From Eledone cirrhosa (taxonomy: Eukaryota), in assembly GCA_964016885.1 (NCBI GenBank), contig OZ024753.1, positions 34,038,001 through 34,102,000 of the forward strand: a DNA stretch of 64,000 bases, written 5' to 3'. The notes below the pieces were generated by a model that worked only from the letters and a program-made list of their open reading frames with translations, was not told where the DNA came from and ran no database searches. Position numbers and translations under genes: made by a program. Shown here piece after piece: positions 29,881 to 46,346 of this stretch; positions within the stretch are counted from its first letter, which is position 1; each line of letters opens with the position of its first letter.

Positions 29881-32800
29881 CGTGTGTGTGGGAGTGTTTC
29901 TGTTTCCTTTATGGCTTCTTATTATTATTATCCTTATTATCAGTAGTAGTAGTTGTTGTTGTGGTGGTGGTGGTGGTGAGTAGTGGGGTGGGGTGGAGGT
30001 AGTGGCGGTGGTGGTAGTGCTGCTGCTGTTGTCGTTGTTGTTGTTGTTGTTCTCGGCAGTCTTATTTTTATTGTGTACTTTGACATCGCAACCGAACGCA
30101 TTTCTGTTCGTCTTTGGCACGCGCAGTGCTTTGTTTTGCTTATGTGATTTTTATTGTATTGAAAGTACTCTACATAACATTTGTGCAATGTATAGTGAGG
30201 CTATTTTCTCTATCTTGTATATATATGAAAATCAGTGATTTGGTTTTTGTTAAGTGTTTATTCATATCGTTCTTTCATCCCAAGACACGATTGCTTTTTT
30301 GTTTTGTCATCTCCATTTCCAGATCTTATAATTATGATAATTCCGCCATTTGTTTGCCGTCATCATTCAGTAAAAGTAGTTAAAAGAAACACTCGTGAGA
30401 ATTTCAAAAAATTTGTCATTTCTGGAAGTTTAGATGTTAATCCATTACCGACATATCTGTGGTGTATTGATAGAGTTTCATTCTACGGCTATTTATTTAC
30501 TTATTTTGCTATACAGTCACATCATCTGCATGAGCAACGCGTGCATACCAAAACAACTCATCTGTGGGGAATCTGCCTTCGTACACAGCTTCTGCGCAAT
30601 TGTTGACTTTCCCTTTAGATTCCTTTTTTCTCTGACCAGTTTTGTAGGGTATTGACTATGGAGTGGTTTTTTTTTTTTTTTTCTATTTCTCACTTACTTT
30701 AATTTGTAACTCTCTATTCCTGTTTTGTTTTGTTTTTTCGTTACCTTAACCATTGCTGGTGCTTTAACCTAAATTCATACTTTCAGCGTGATTTATTTCT
30801 ATTTTGTACTTTATCGATTCCTTGTAAATAGAAAAAAAGTTTTTGTTTCGTTTTGTTAGTTTTGTTATTGTTTTTGTTGTTTTTTTTTCATATTTCTTTA
30901 TTACATATATCAGTCTTCCTCAATTTCCTTCGAAGTATTTTTTCATTTCGACTGTTGTTATTATATAGTGATTTTCTATTTGTATCAGTGATATTATTGT
31001 AGTAGATTTTTATCTTTATTTTTGTATTATTTGTATTGTTATTGCTGCTACTACTACTACTACGACGGCGACAAAATTTGCTGAATTCTTGTTGTTGACA
31101 TTTGATGCCAATGTCTTCAGTTGTTAGAAAGGCATTATACAAGATTGTTGCTGAATAAAGAAGAATATTTTTATACAATTATGTTCTCGTGGTGCTTCCA
31201 TAGTTTCTTAGGCAATGCAATTAATGTGTATATTATAGACATTTCTCTCCGTTCTGTGAAATTCCAAAGAATTAAAATACATTTCTGTTATTTTGAGCTC
31301 AATCCTGCTATTATGTCGTATAACATAACTACTAATCTAATCTATTTTTGCTTTTATTATATATTATAATAATATATCTTAGTTTGAGTCATCTATGTTC
31401 ATTCTAGTTTAGACAAAATAACCTCATGAGATGTTTCCAATATCATTTCCATCGAAACCTATCTTACTTCTGTTTTATCTGCTATGAGATTTTCACTGTA
31501 CCTGATTAACATGTCTAGCATCTATCCTAATTATCAAGATAAATTACCTCGACTTCAGACCTTAATCATTTGCTGTCATTTTTATTTTGTTTTGTATTTA
31601 ATCAGAGTTTTTTTGTTTTTTTTTTGTTTTTGTTTTGTTTTTTTTTGTTTGTTTGTTTTTTTTTTTTTTTTTTTGGGGGGGGGTTCCTCTGATGTAACCA
31701 GTATGATATTTGTTCCTCTTATTTAACCTTCCGTTTTCCAGTCAAGATAGGCGGTGAATTGCCAGAGTCGTTATATGTCAGATAGAATGCTTTGTGGTAT
31801 TCGTTCCCGCTGCCTGTGCTGTCAGTTCAAATCCCACCGAGATCAATTTTGCCTTTTATCCTTTCGAGGCAGATAAATAAAATACCAATTCAGTACTATA
31901 ATGTACTCGATTCTTCATCACACACACACACACACACACACTCCTTCTTTTTCTCTTCTCTGGACGAATTAGCTGGAGAAGAGGATGAACTCCGCCAGGT
32001 TTAAGGTGAAATTGCTGTAATTGAACTTTCAGCATAATGCCAGATAAATAAGTACTACAAGACCTTTTACATAACGGAGGAGGAGGAGGACAAATATATG
32101 AAGAATAAAAATATGAAATATATATTACTCACAAGTAATTAATTTTTAAAAAATATATAAAACTTAATTAAATTAATGTCGACATTTGAAACAATATTGT
32201 TTATTTTAAATATTTCATTTGGGAATAAATGTATCTGTGAGTGTTATTTTAAAACCGATTTATAATCAAAGGTCAGATTTTCAATATATCTAAAATCAAA
32301 ACATATTTATTGTACATCGCTAAAGTCATTTTACATTGTAGCATCAAACCACCAGAAGGTTAAACTCCATCGTTTTGTTCAATATGTTTCCACCATTGAT
32401 TGCTTGCTTTCGTTCAGAAGATCACAGCTTGCTGTCCACTGACTCCAGCAGGGTCTGCAAATACTAAGCGTCCTTGAACTAAGCTCAAAATTTCAAGTAT
32501 TTTGATTTTTAAAAACAACATAATACACGCATGCTATCAGGTGTTGGTTTCCTATTTTTAGTTGTTATTTTTGCGATATAAAAATCTGGGAGATGTATAA
32601 TTGTAAAGCTTGCGCGGGCGTCTGTGTGATAATTCATTTACATGAAATGGTTTCTTGATATTTGGGAACCCCAGTTCTGATTTCTCAGATAACACTGAAG
32701 TTAAAAAATCTATCTTTATATTAAAAGAAAATTAAAATTTTACACTATAGAAAGATATTTGTATATTAAGTGGTGCAGCTCTAGCCATCATGTTGTTTAC

Positions 32801-33807
32801 AGCAAATTGCCCAAATTAACACCACCACCTGGCCCTTGAGGACTTTTAGCAAGATCTACTCTGCTGCAAAGATTTACTGCTCATAATCAGTGCTCTTACT
32901 TATAACTAAGTGATTAATGTGTTGTACTTTATTTCATATCATGCAATGTTACTGTGGAAGGACATATCGGATAAAGGGATAATTATATAGTTCTAATTAT
33001 GTTAGTCAAGAGACGACGAATTAGCAGAGTTGTTAGAAGATCAAATAGAATGCTTCGTGGTATTTGTTCTGGCTCTTCGTGTTCTGTGTTCAAATCCTGA
33101 CTAAGTCAACTTTGCCTTTCATCCTTTTGAGGTCGATAAAAACATTACCAGCTCAGTACTGGATTCCATTCTTCCTCTCTCTATCTCTCTCTCTCTATCT
33201 CTCTCTCTCTCTCTCCACTTCTATGAAAGAAATCGGCTGTGCTCATACCTGGAGACGGTTGTGCTATGTCAGGTTTAAAATGCCCAAAGCACGGTTCCAT
33301 CGGGAGTTACGAATACATACATGCTACATATATTAACGAAGAAAAATAGACGCTAAGGTTATAGATGGAAGGCATTTTATCGTAGAAAAACAACCAATGG
33401 TTTGTTTGGGGATGTCCTGGAAAAGATGTTCCATGGAATAATTCTAAAGTTTAGATATGTCCAATTGTTCTCTAGTCCATTATATATTTCAATTTTTAGT
33501 TATTATTGTAAAACAAAACAGGTGGTATTTTATCACACAAATACAGCTAGAGATTTTAATTAGATGTATATCTGAAGAAGTGAAACAAACATATTATAAC
33601 CAATATTATAAAAGATGTTAGACAATGATAGTGAAAAAAATTGAATATTCAATTATTGCTAACGGTGTACATAGTGTATTTACTTTTTTACTCTATTTGA
33701 CATATTGTCATTCAAATGTTCCAGAATTATTTTATAAAACAATGCTGAATTCTACGTTATTAAAATGTTAGGTACACATACAAAGCTGACGTACATACAC
33801 ACAAATA

Positions 33808-34696
33808 TACGAGGTGTGTCAGAAAAGTTCCAGAACTGATGTCACAAAAGATTTATTTCAAACCCAAACTTCACACTAAGAGTTTTCTCCTTCAAAGTAA
33901 TCCCCCTGGAGTATGTAACTGTAATCTTAGCTCTCTGCAGCGATCAAACTTTTTTCTTCATAACTTTATATACATGTCCTCTGTTTCAGGTCGTCAAGCA
34001 ATGAGCACAGAGCAACGAACAAACTTGAAGTTTCTGGTACGGTTGGGGAAAACTCCGTCAGAAGAACTGGGATTGTTGCAGCTCACGTGTTTTTGAGTGG
34101 TGCAAGAGGTTTAAAGAAGGACGCAAGGACGTGAAAGATGACCCCAGGAGCGGAAGGCCCTCAACAACCAGGACTGAGGTCAACGTTGAGCGCGTCAGGC
34201 AGATGGTGCGTAGCGATCGTCGGTTGACTGTTCGATTGATGGCAAATGAGCTGGGTGTGAATCGGGATAGCGTCTGGAAGATTCTCACTGAAGATTTGGA
34301 CATGCGGAAAGTCTGCTCGAAGATGGTGCCAAAACTGCTGAACGATGACCAGAAGGGTCGACGCATGCAAGTGTGCCAGGACATCTTCGAGCATTTTGAA
34401 ACCGAACCAGACTTGCTAGGGACAGTCATCACTGGTGATAAGTCATGGATCTTCGAGTACGACCCGGAGGGGACCGTTTTGAAGACGTGGACGACATCAA
34501 AAAGCCGTGACGACGGAACTGCGGAGGATCCCGGAAGAATCCTTCCAGGAGTGCATGCAAGCGTGGCAGAAAAGGACGGAAAAGTGCATTAGATTCCAGG
34601 AGGTTACTTTGAAGGAGAAAACTCTTAATGTGAAGTTTGAGTTTGAAATAAATCTTTTGTGTCATCAGTCCTGGAACTTTTCTGACACACCTCGTG
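33808..34696 (+). mobile_element. Internally deleted mariner DNA transposon with ~100-bp TIRs and TA TSD
   Basis: TA|TACGAGGTGTGTCAGAAAAGTTCC ... GGAACTTTTCTGACACACCTCGTG|TA; inverted similarity covers ~33808-33910 and ~34594-34696. Confidence 0.95.
34001..34629 (+). pseudogene. Mariner transposase pseudogene
   Basis: MSTEQRTNLKFLVRLGKT..VFEWCKRFKEGR..DDPRSGRPST..RKVCSKMVPKLL..ITGDKSWIFEYDPE, then a jump to RFEDVDDIK..FQECMQAWQKRTEKCI..GYFEG. Frameshifted and missing the region with the 2nd and 3rd catalytic Asp. Confidence 0.93.
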
Positions 34697-34714
34697 TATA
34701 TATATATACACGAG

Positions 34715-34793
<79 letters not shown>

Positions 34794-34800
<7 letters not shown>

Positions 34801-35010
34801 AAATCAAAAGATGATTAAAATTGTTCCATATATTTTATTATGCGCATTTCATAAACAAATATCATCATTGAAATGCGCATAATAAAATACATGGAACTCT
34901 TTTAAGCATCTTTTGATTTTATATTATTTATACTCCAGTCCTATAAACTGTCGAGTGCTACTTATCCGATATTTGCATTGCTTTATTGTGCTACAATAAA
35001 ACTCACCTCA
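34794..35010 (+). mobile_element. Family B fold-back element, truncated inside the ribozyme
   Basis: Inverted arms ~34794-34851 and ~34869-34926 contain GAAATGCGCATAATAAAATA; the 3' extension matches 55575-55660. Confidence 0.7.
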
Positions 35011-35103
35011 TACATATATATATATATGTATAGAGAGAGATATACGTAAATATATATTGATATATGTATATATATTTAAGGATATATATATATATGTGTG
35101 TGT

Positions 35104-35222
35104 GTAAGGATGAAAGGCAAAGCTAACCTCGGTGGGATTTGAACTCAGAAGGTAAATGGCCATAACTCTATGCTGCAAATCATGGTGTCTTGCACTTTAT
35201 CGATACTGTCAATCCACCGCCC
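35104..35222 (-). mobile_element. SINE 5' half, same family
   Basis: Reverse complement of the tRNA head and start of the body. Confidence 0.85.
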
Positions 35223-35477
35223 TGACAAACGCTATAATAAGCGCTGTAATATACGTACTTCTCTCAGACACAAACTTTGTACTCTCTAGAAGTATTAATG
35301 AAGATGAATCTATATTCTATAATAGACAAAACGATCATGCTATTCTTAATAGATTCGAATTTCCTTCGACATTCCATTCACAAGAGAATGGTTAATCATA
35401 ATTCTATTGATAAGATTACTGACGTATCTGATGCTTCGACTTGTCATAATAATAATAATGGTTTCTACTTTAGGCAC

Positions 35478-35823
35478 AAGGCCAGCAATTTGAAGGGAGG
35501 GAAAAGTCGATTAAATCGACCCCAGTGCGTTACTGGTACTGTATTTATCGATCCCGTATTTGCCTATGGTCGTGCGTTGTAACATCAAATCCAGAACATT
35601 GGAGTTACGAAGCAAACTTTTCAAGAATATAACCAGCTTACATATATATAAGGCCAGCAATTTGAAGGGAGGGAAAAGTCGATTAAATCGACCCCAGCGC
35701 GTTACTGGTACTTTATTTATCGATCCCGTATTTGCCTATGGTCGTGCGTTGTAGCATCAAATCCAGAACATTGGAGTTACGAAGCAAACTTTTCAAGAAT
35801 ATAACCAGCTTACATATATATAT
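35478..35823. repeat. 172-bp tandem duplication (SINE piece plus flank)
   Basis: 35478-35649 repeated at 35650-35823 with few differences. Confidence 0.92.
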
Positions 35824-35974
35824 AATGGGGGTGATTGTGGTGCTGAGATAGGTGAGCTGATAGTTGATACACTATAACACAACGAGTTGAACGAGCCTGC
35901 AATACTGAGCTCAAGCATCCACCTTACTATAAACTGGAATCATATCCAAGATGACTCTTAATTATTTATTGTCT

Positions 35975-36159
35975 GGTGGTGGATTGGCAGTATCGGTAGA
36001 GGGTCGGACGCCATGCTTTGCAGCATAGAGTTATGCCCCTTTACGCTCTGAGTTCAAATCCCGCGAGGTCAACTTTGCTTTTCATCCCTACGGGGTCGAT
36101 AAAATAAAGTACCAGTAATGTACTGGGTAATTGCTGGCCTTGTGCCAAAAGTAGAAACA
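35975..36159 (+). mobile_element. tRNA-derived SINE, short subfamily, with (ATT)n tail
   Basis: Full length, directly upstream of a second copy. Confidence 0.93.
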
Positions 36160-36169
36160 ATTATTATTA

Positions 36170-36200
<31 letters not shown>

Positions 36201-36205
36201 GTAGA

Positions 36206-36427
36206 GGGCGGTTGATTGGCAGTATCGGTAGACGGTCAGACGCCATGCTTTGTAGCATAGAGTTACGGCCTTTTATTATCTGTGTTCAAATCCCGCCGAG
36301 ATTAACTTTGCCTTTCATCCTTACGGGGTCGATAAAATAAAGTACCAGTCATGCACTGGGGTCGAGTTAATCGACTTTTCCCTCCCCCCAAAAAATTGCT
36401 GGCCTTCTGCCTAAAGTAAGAAACACC
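36206..36427 (+). mobile_element. tRNA-derived SINE, long subfamily
   Basis: Carries an extra GTCGAGTTAATCGACTTTTCCCTCCCCCAAAA segment before ATTGCTGGCC. Confidence 0.92.
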
Positions 36428-37657
36428 ATTATTATTATTATGACAAGTCGAAGCATCAGATGCGACAGTAACCTTATCAATAGAATTATGATTAACCAAA
36501 GAAAATTTAGGTTCGTCCAATTAGTTATTCATTCTTATTGTCAGTTTCGCTGTTTACTTTTCTTTTCTTTTGTAGTTTATTTTCCTTGGCTGTGTTTGTG
36601 TTGTTGTTGTTTTTTTTGTTTTGCTTTTTCTGTGTGTTTTTCTTTTGTTTGTTTCTTTTTGTCTTATCTTCGTTGAAAGGATACTTTTTTTATTTTTAAT
36701 CTTTTATACAAGATCTGTTTAGTCTTTTCCTGTATGACAACAGCAGATCATCGAAAGTTCCTCTCTTAATATCCATCAATAAAAAAAACCATCTACTCCC
36801 CCAGTACACATCAGAATAATGCTAACAATAATTACTAGAAGAGAATCGTCACTCCATCTTGTCATAATGCCAATTAAATTCCCTCCATTACTTCTATCTC
36901 CATGACCACCACTACCGTCTCTTGTGGTTACTACCTTAACAATTATCGCTACTAATACTATCACAAGATTCTTCTTCTTCTTTTTCTTCTTCTTCTTCTT
37001 CTTCGTCTTCACCCACTTATTCCTGGGAAGATTGTGGGGCCACGATATTTACTGTCCTACGTAACTAATAGATTTTGTAATATATTTATATACATATATA
37101 TATATATGTGTGTGTGTGTGTGTATGCCTGTGTGTAAAAGGTAAACAGAAATAAAACAAACGGTACAGCATATGGAAGGAATATATATGCAAACATACAT
37201 GCATACGTATATACGTACATAAACTTAACTGTACACTCCATATCAAAAAATCACAGAAACACACACATGTATATACACACACACAAACTCACATGTATAC
37301 TCACACATGCACACGTAAATACACACATATACATACGTAAACTGAATTGTACACGCCATGACAGAGCAATACATAGACATAAATATACACACCCACACAT
37401 ATGTATATATATATATATAGTTATACTTGGGGAGGGTCATATTTGTGTAATATTGCCAGAATTAATAACAGAACACACTCACTGTTTGGTTGGTTTTCGC
37501 TTCTCGCTTCTGTGTCTTTTATATCGGTAATCTAACTTACTCGGTCCTCAATGTTGCCATTGACTGACCGACGGTCAAAAATAATACAGATACAATATAG
37601 ACACAAACACATATATATAGTTTATCATAAATCTTTCGTTGCACATCTGCAACATCG

Positions 37658-38511
37658 TCATTTAATTTATTAAATTATTGATATTTTATTTGAGTGACCC
37701 GAATCTTCCTGGTCGTTTTCGGCTGCATGGGTGATTTTAGGCATGATCTCTATGTGTTGGTATTTTAACGATAGTTATAGCTCTGATTTTTCCAAATTAT
37801 TGAGCCCTCTGCCACATATATCGGATATTGTTTATCGTGATTTCGTGGGCTGATATTCCGATTCTCGATTTTTCTACTATATTTAGCTCTAGACCCTAGC
37901 TATTGACCAGTTAATTTTATTGATGATTTTTTTTTGTTGATCTTATTGACTGATGAATAGCTCTTGTTTATTTTAACATGTCTGTTGAGCACTCTGATTC
38001 GATATGTGATAATTTGTATTCTTACATAATTTACACATCACCGAATTCTTTCGCTAATATAAGGGTTCCCTCCCTTGCTGAATACCATGTGCGTTGTTTG
38101 GCTTCGGGTCCCCTCTGTATTATGGAACGAAATACTCGTTGAAGAAGCCTTTCCTCGTTCCTCTCTTCTCTAGAAGTCTTATATATCTTTTATGTGGGCT
38201 GATAGTGATTGGATTAAGGAATTGCAGAAACCCAAGAAGCTAGATTTAAAATCGTTCTAGCGGGTCCGGGTGAGTTTTTTACATTCATTTAATTTATTAA
38301 CTTATTGATATTTTATTTGAGTGACCCGAATCTTCCTGGTCGTTCTTTTTCGGCTGCATGGGTGATTTTAGGCATGATCTCTATGTGTTGGTATTTTAAC
38401 GATAGTTATAGCTCTGATTTTTCCAAATTATTCAGCCCTCTGCCACATATATCGGATATTGTTTATCGTGATTTCGTGGGCTGATATTCCGATTCTCGAT
38501 TTTTCTACTAT

Positions 38512-38512
<1 letters not shown>
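37658..38512 (-). mobile_element. Decayed RLE-type (R4/Dong-like?) non-LTR fragment with a duplicated ~225-bp end
   Basis: Frameshifted MCKLCK..LSHIESEC..NRH (CCHC knuckle plus RH) at 37978-38038; direct repeat 37658-37880 / 38285-38512. Confidence 0.4.
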
Positions 38513-41761
<3,249 letters not shown>

Positions 41762-42072
41762 CAGTTCAGATAAACCAACACAGATATTATTTTGCCTGTT
41801 TGAGGAGTTTTGTTTTATTTGCTCTTTTTTTTCATGAATTGATTACATTTTAACAGCTTTTGTTTTATCTCTTAACATATCTTTGATAGTTTTTCCTTCT
41901 ATAGATTTTTTTCTACTTTTTATAGACATTCGTCAATAACAGACGAAATCTTTTATTTGGGAGTGAACTATGGCGAGGTTTTCAGGTACAAATACACAAA
42001 CTACACCACACACGCGCGCATGTATGTATGTATGTATGTATGTATGTATATATGTATGTATAATATATATGA

Positions 42073-42386
42073 GAAACAAAATGGCGTAGGACAGAACAAA
42101 GGAGAGGCACAAAAAACAAAGAAAAGAATCCCAGTCACTGAAGAGGTCAAAGAATGTGTGACGAAAGAACTTTGACAATATATAAACAACCATCTGGTTG
42201 TGGAACCAACCAACCAACGGGAAATTTATAAATTCCTAAATTTATAAATTTATTATAATAAATTGAAGTGAAAGCAATTGGTGCGTGTGTTTCTTATTGG
42301 CAACATGACCTTCCCAAAGTATAGCATATCGGTTTTAACACACGTTTTCAGATAAAGAATCTTGCTAAACAAATTCAGAAACGAAA
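42073..42386 (+). mobile_element. Family E hammerhead element
   Basis: Homologous to 5593-5860 and ends in a TA tract. A diverged minus-strand end lies at ~37420-37485. Confidence 0.7.
42133..42176 (+). ncRNA. Minimal hammerhead motif, second family E copy
   Basis: GTCA-CTGAAGA-G-GTCA..TGAC-GAAA-GAAC-TT-TGAC; homologous to 5652-5696. Confidence 0.75.
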
Positions 42387-42932
42387 TATATATATATATA
42401 TATACACATGCACATTCATGAGTGATATATATTCACTCACGAATACATACACATGTACATATATACACACACACACATATATATACAAATATATATAAAC
42501 ACACACATATACATATAGACACACATATATATATATATATACATATATACACACGCACGCACATATTTACATATATACACACACACACATATATATATAT
42601 ACACACACACACACATATACATATACATATACACACACACACACATATATATATACATATATACACACGCACGCACATATATACATATATACACACACAC
42701 ACATATATACACATATATATACACACACACACAGTATATATATACATATATACACACGCACACACATATATACATATATACACACACACACATATATACA
42801 CATATACACACACACACATATATATACATATATACACACACACATATATATACATATATATACACACACACACACATATACATATACAAACACACACATA
42901 TACATGTATATACACACATATATATATATATA
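42387..42932. repeat. Mixed (CA)/(TA) array
   Basis: Direct reading. Confidence 0.95.
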
Positions 42933-43010
42933 GGAAAAGTAAAAAACAAAAACAATAATAAGGTGTGCAGTTACGAACAGTGTTGGTATTAGGTTCACGC
43001 TTGAGATTGG

Positions 43011-43060
<50 letters not shown>

Positions 43061-43324
43061 TGTGTGTGCGTGTGATTGAATCTATATAAAAAAGAGTGAG
43101 GTCTATAAATAGAAAAATGGATACGTAGAATTCATAGATAGATAAATATATATATTTATTTATTTCTTCATATATATATATATACATATATTTACATATA
43201 TTTACATCTGTATGTGTGTATATATATGCATGTGTGTGTGTGTATAGAGATAGAGAGATACATATAGATAAAGGGATATATATATATATTTATACATATA
43301 CATATAGAGAGAGAGATGTTTGAA

Positions 43325-43635
43325 TGTATCTCTATCTAAGGCGGGTAAAATTCCCGAGATCCATGGACGAGTTCTCTCCAGCGGTCTCTGTCCCACATTA
43401 TCGCTGCCATGTCCTGCGTCTCGAACAGACCAGGTGTCTGTCCTTAGGGCATCAACATACGTTAACCTTGGTCTTCCTCTTCTAGTGTGTCCATGTAGGG
43501 GCTCCCAAAGGAGCACTGAGTGCAATGTCAACTCTGGATGTCGGTAAGCAGTCCAGCTAACCTCAGTCTCCTCTGTGTCACTTTTGAGCTGACTTTTGGG
43601 ATGCTCCCATACAGCTCTGAGTTTTTCATCCTCAG
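43325..43635 (-). mobile_element. RTE-clade LINE 3' end
   Basis: NSELYGSIPKVSSKVTQRRLRLAG..VLLWEPLHGHTRRGRPRLTYVDALRTDT..RDRWRELV. Confidence 0.85.
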
Positions 43636-43655
43636 TGTATATATATATATATAAT

Positions 43656-43837
43656 TGTTTCTACTTTTGACACAAGGCCAGCAATTACCCAGTGTATTAC
43701 TGGTACTTTATTTTATCGACCCCATAAGGATGAAAGGCAAAGTTAACCTCGGCGGATTTGAACTCAGAATGGCAAGGGCAGTAACTCTATGTGTCAAAGC
43801 ATGGCGTCCGATCCTCTACCGATACTGCCAATCCACC
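43656..43837 (-). mobile_element. tRNA-derived SINE, same family
   Basis: Near full-length reverse complement. Confidence 0.93.
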
Positions 43838-44624
43838 AATACTCGGCAGACATATCCAGCAGAGCATTATCCTCATAGACGAGTGTCCTCATTGCATTTC
43901 CTATATTATGCGTGGGTTAGATAAGAACCAGTGTTAACGGAGTCGATACAATCTATTAAAACTCTCAAATGTTATGCTCCAGCATGGCCGTAATCCAATG
44001 ACTGAAACTATTAAAAATAATCAAAAGAAAAGAACTCTACATATTTGTTTCTCATTTGACACCATTTAAAATTGCACAAAATAGCAAATCGCTCCTCTAC
44101 CTTATTGTTTTAAATTAAATATTGTTTTTTAAAAAACAATACCCTAACACATTTAGTAATCCTATTAAATGGATTGTATTAATAATACCGTAAATTACTC
44201 TGGCAATTGAAATTAATCATTAAATATTTAAATGGGAATTTCTGTAACATCACACATAATGCTTGTTTTCCTGTTTGAAGAATCGAAAGAAAAACGGAAA
44301 CAAATCTCAACAAAGAGAAAGAATAACTATCATACATTAAACACACTCATTTCTTAGATATTTATTAATATTTTATGAATCAAAATTGATACAGCTACCA
44401 CCACTTTCATTCATATTAATCATACCATAGCATTCGAAGATCAACTGCAACGACATTATTGCTATTACTACAGTCATTCAGTCCTTCATTTTAAATAACA
44501 TGTTCAAAATAAAGACGGAAAAGAATTCTGTTATTAATCCACACTTCCGTTAAATATGAAATATTAAACAGCATTATAAATTAACTCCTGCATGATATCC
44601 TGTTAAAAATGAAATAAATATAAT

Positions 44625-44753
44625 TGTTTCTACTTTTGGCACAAGGCCATCAATTACCCAGTGCATTACTGGTACTTTATTTTATCGACCCCGTAAGGAT
44701 GAAAGGCAAAGTTAACCTCGGCGGGATTGAACTCAGAATGGCAAAGACCGTAA
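44625..44753 (-). mobile_element. 5'-truncated SINE, same family
   Basis: B box to 3' end present. Confidence 0.9.
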
Positions 44754-45605
44754 GTATATAAATGTATATAAATGTATATAAATAAATATAATAAACAAAC
44801 AAATATTTAATTGTTTCTGTGTTTTCTTTCCGCGATTGGAATACCAGCGGGGACACCTGGTCTATTTGTTAGGGGTTTTAGCTCCTGGCTATAATGTGAG
44901 CTCTATTCATTGACTGGTTAGTATTTTGTGTACGTTTACGAGACCTTTTATATTAGGTTGTGATAGTTCATTCAGCTGCAAATGAGATTTAACTTTACAT
45001 TGGACTATAATACGTTTTGTCCATTAACGTCACATGAAACCGATAAGCGCCTGGTGTTTTTCTATTCTGGATAAAGACTTTAATAATTAATGTAAAATAT
45101 CTAATATATCATATACCAGTTTCTGTAAACTTTAGCTATGCAGACATGATATTTTTACAAAGTCTAACTGAAATAAATTGGTAGAATGGATGGCGCGTCG
45201 AACAAAATGTCTTGCAGTATTTATTCTGGTTCTCTGCATTGTGGAAGTAAATACACCGAGATCAATTTTGTCTTTCAACCATTCGGGGTCGATAAAATAA
45301 AGTACCAGTCGAGAGGGATGAATTGATGGATGCGATTATAAGAGTGTTAAACGGGTTTGCCTTGTAATATGTGTCAATGCATTCGAGGTTTTTCTAAAAA
45401 TAGCGTTACTCCAACTAGCTGATCACTGCGTGGGTTTAGTATTGCTCAATCTGTTGTAAATATTGACACTTGGTCTCTGATTTGAGAACAATTCCTTCCC
45501 TTTTCCCCACTAGTCTCAGAAATTATGAAAAGAATATATATATATATATATATAATGTCTTTCCACCACTCCTCCTCACACCCTCGGAACTCTTTTCCTT
45601 TCCAC

Positions 45606-45645
45606 TTTTCTCCTGATAAAGGCCTTATGCCCGAAACATCGTCGT
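45606..45645 (+). ncRNA. Degenerate hammerhead-like motif
   Basis: CTGATAA-A-GGC cttat GCC-C-GAAAC; G8 mutated; about 60 bp downstream of a TA tract. Confidence 0.35.
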
Positions 45646-46085
45646 CCACCCCCCACCCCACACTAATATAAACATACATGTGTTCGAATCGTAAGGACTA
45701 AAATTTGCTGGGGTAAAAAATACTAACTACAGCAATATAGAATGTTATCCTTAACTTTAAATATTAAATTAAGAAAAATTAAGAAAAATAACAGACCTAT
45801 ATTGGGCAAAAATGCCTGGTAACAACTAGACAGTGTTGGAGACTGTTCGCAACGACTTATAAAGTGAAGTTTTCACGTTTCTCTGCTCCTCAGTAGTTGT
45901 TGAGAAATTAGTGATCCTTTCACTTCTAAAAATATTAGAGAATGAATTGTGTACGATATGAATTATCGCACGTGTCAATCGGAACCCAGCTTGTCTCGAA
46001 ATTCCCTGCCGCTAAAAATAGCAGCCTGGCTGACAGGACAATAAAAATTAACTCTACATGAAGGAGCCGACATATATATATATAT

Positions 46086-46314
46086 GTGTAAAAGGTAAAC
46101 AGAAATAACAACACAATCGGTACAGTATATGGAAGGTATATATTAGGTTAATGCTTGATATAGCAGGAAGAGGGTCTTAACGTTTCGGACGCTAGTCCTT
46201 CATCAGAAGAAAGAATGAGAAATGAAATAGATTAAGGGGACGGGCTGGATGGAATTGGAAAAAATGTCTTTAGATAAAAATAATAAGTCCATTCATGTTG
46301 ACATCTCTTGCAAA

Positions 46315-46315
<1 letters not shown>
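46086..46315 (-). mobile_element. Family C hammerhead mini-element
   Basis: Collinear with 52856-53078; the terminal part recurs at ~37130-37185; TA/TG flanks. Confidence 0.7.
46175..46210 (-). ncRNA. Minimal hammerhead motif (family C)
   Basis: Minus strand TCTT-CTGATGA-A-GGAC tagc GTCC-GAAA-CG-TT-AAGA; palindromic ACGT at helix III, as expected for dimer-dependent forms. Confidence 0.75.
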
Positions 46316-46346
<31 letters not shown>

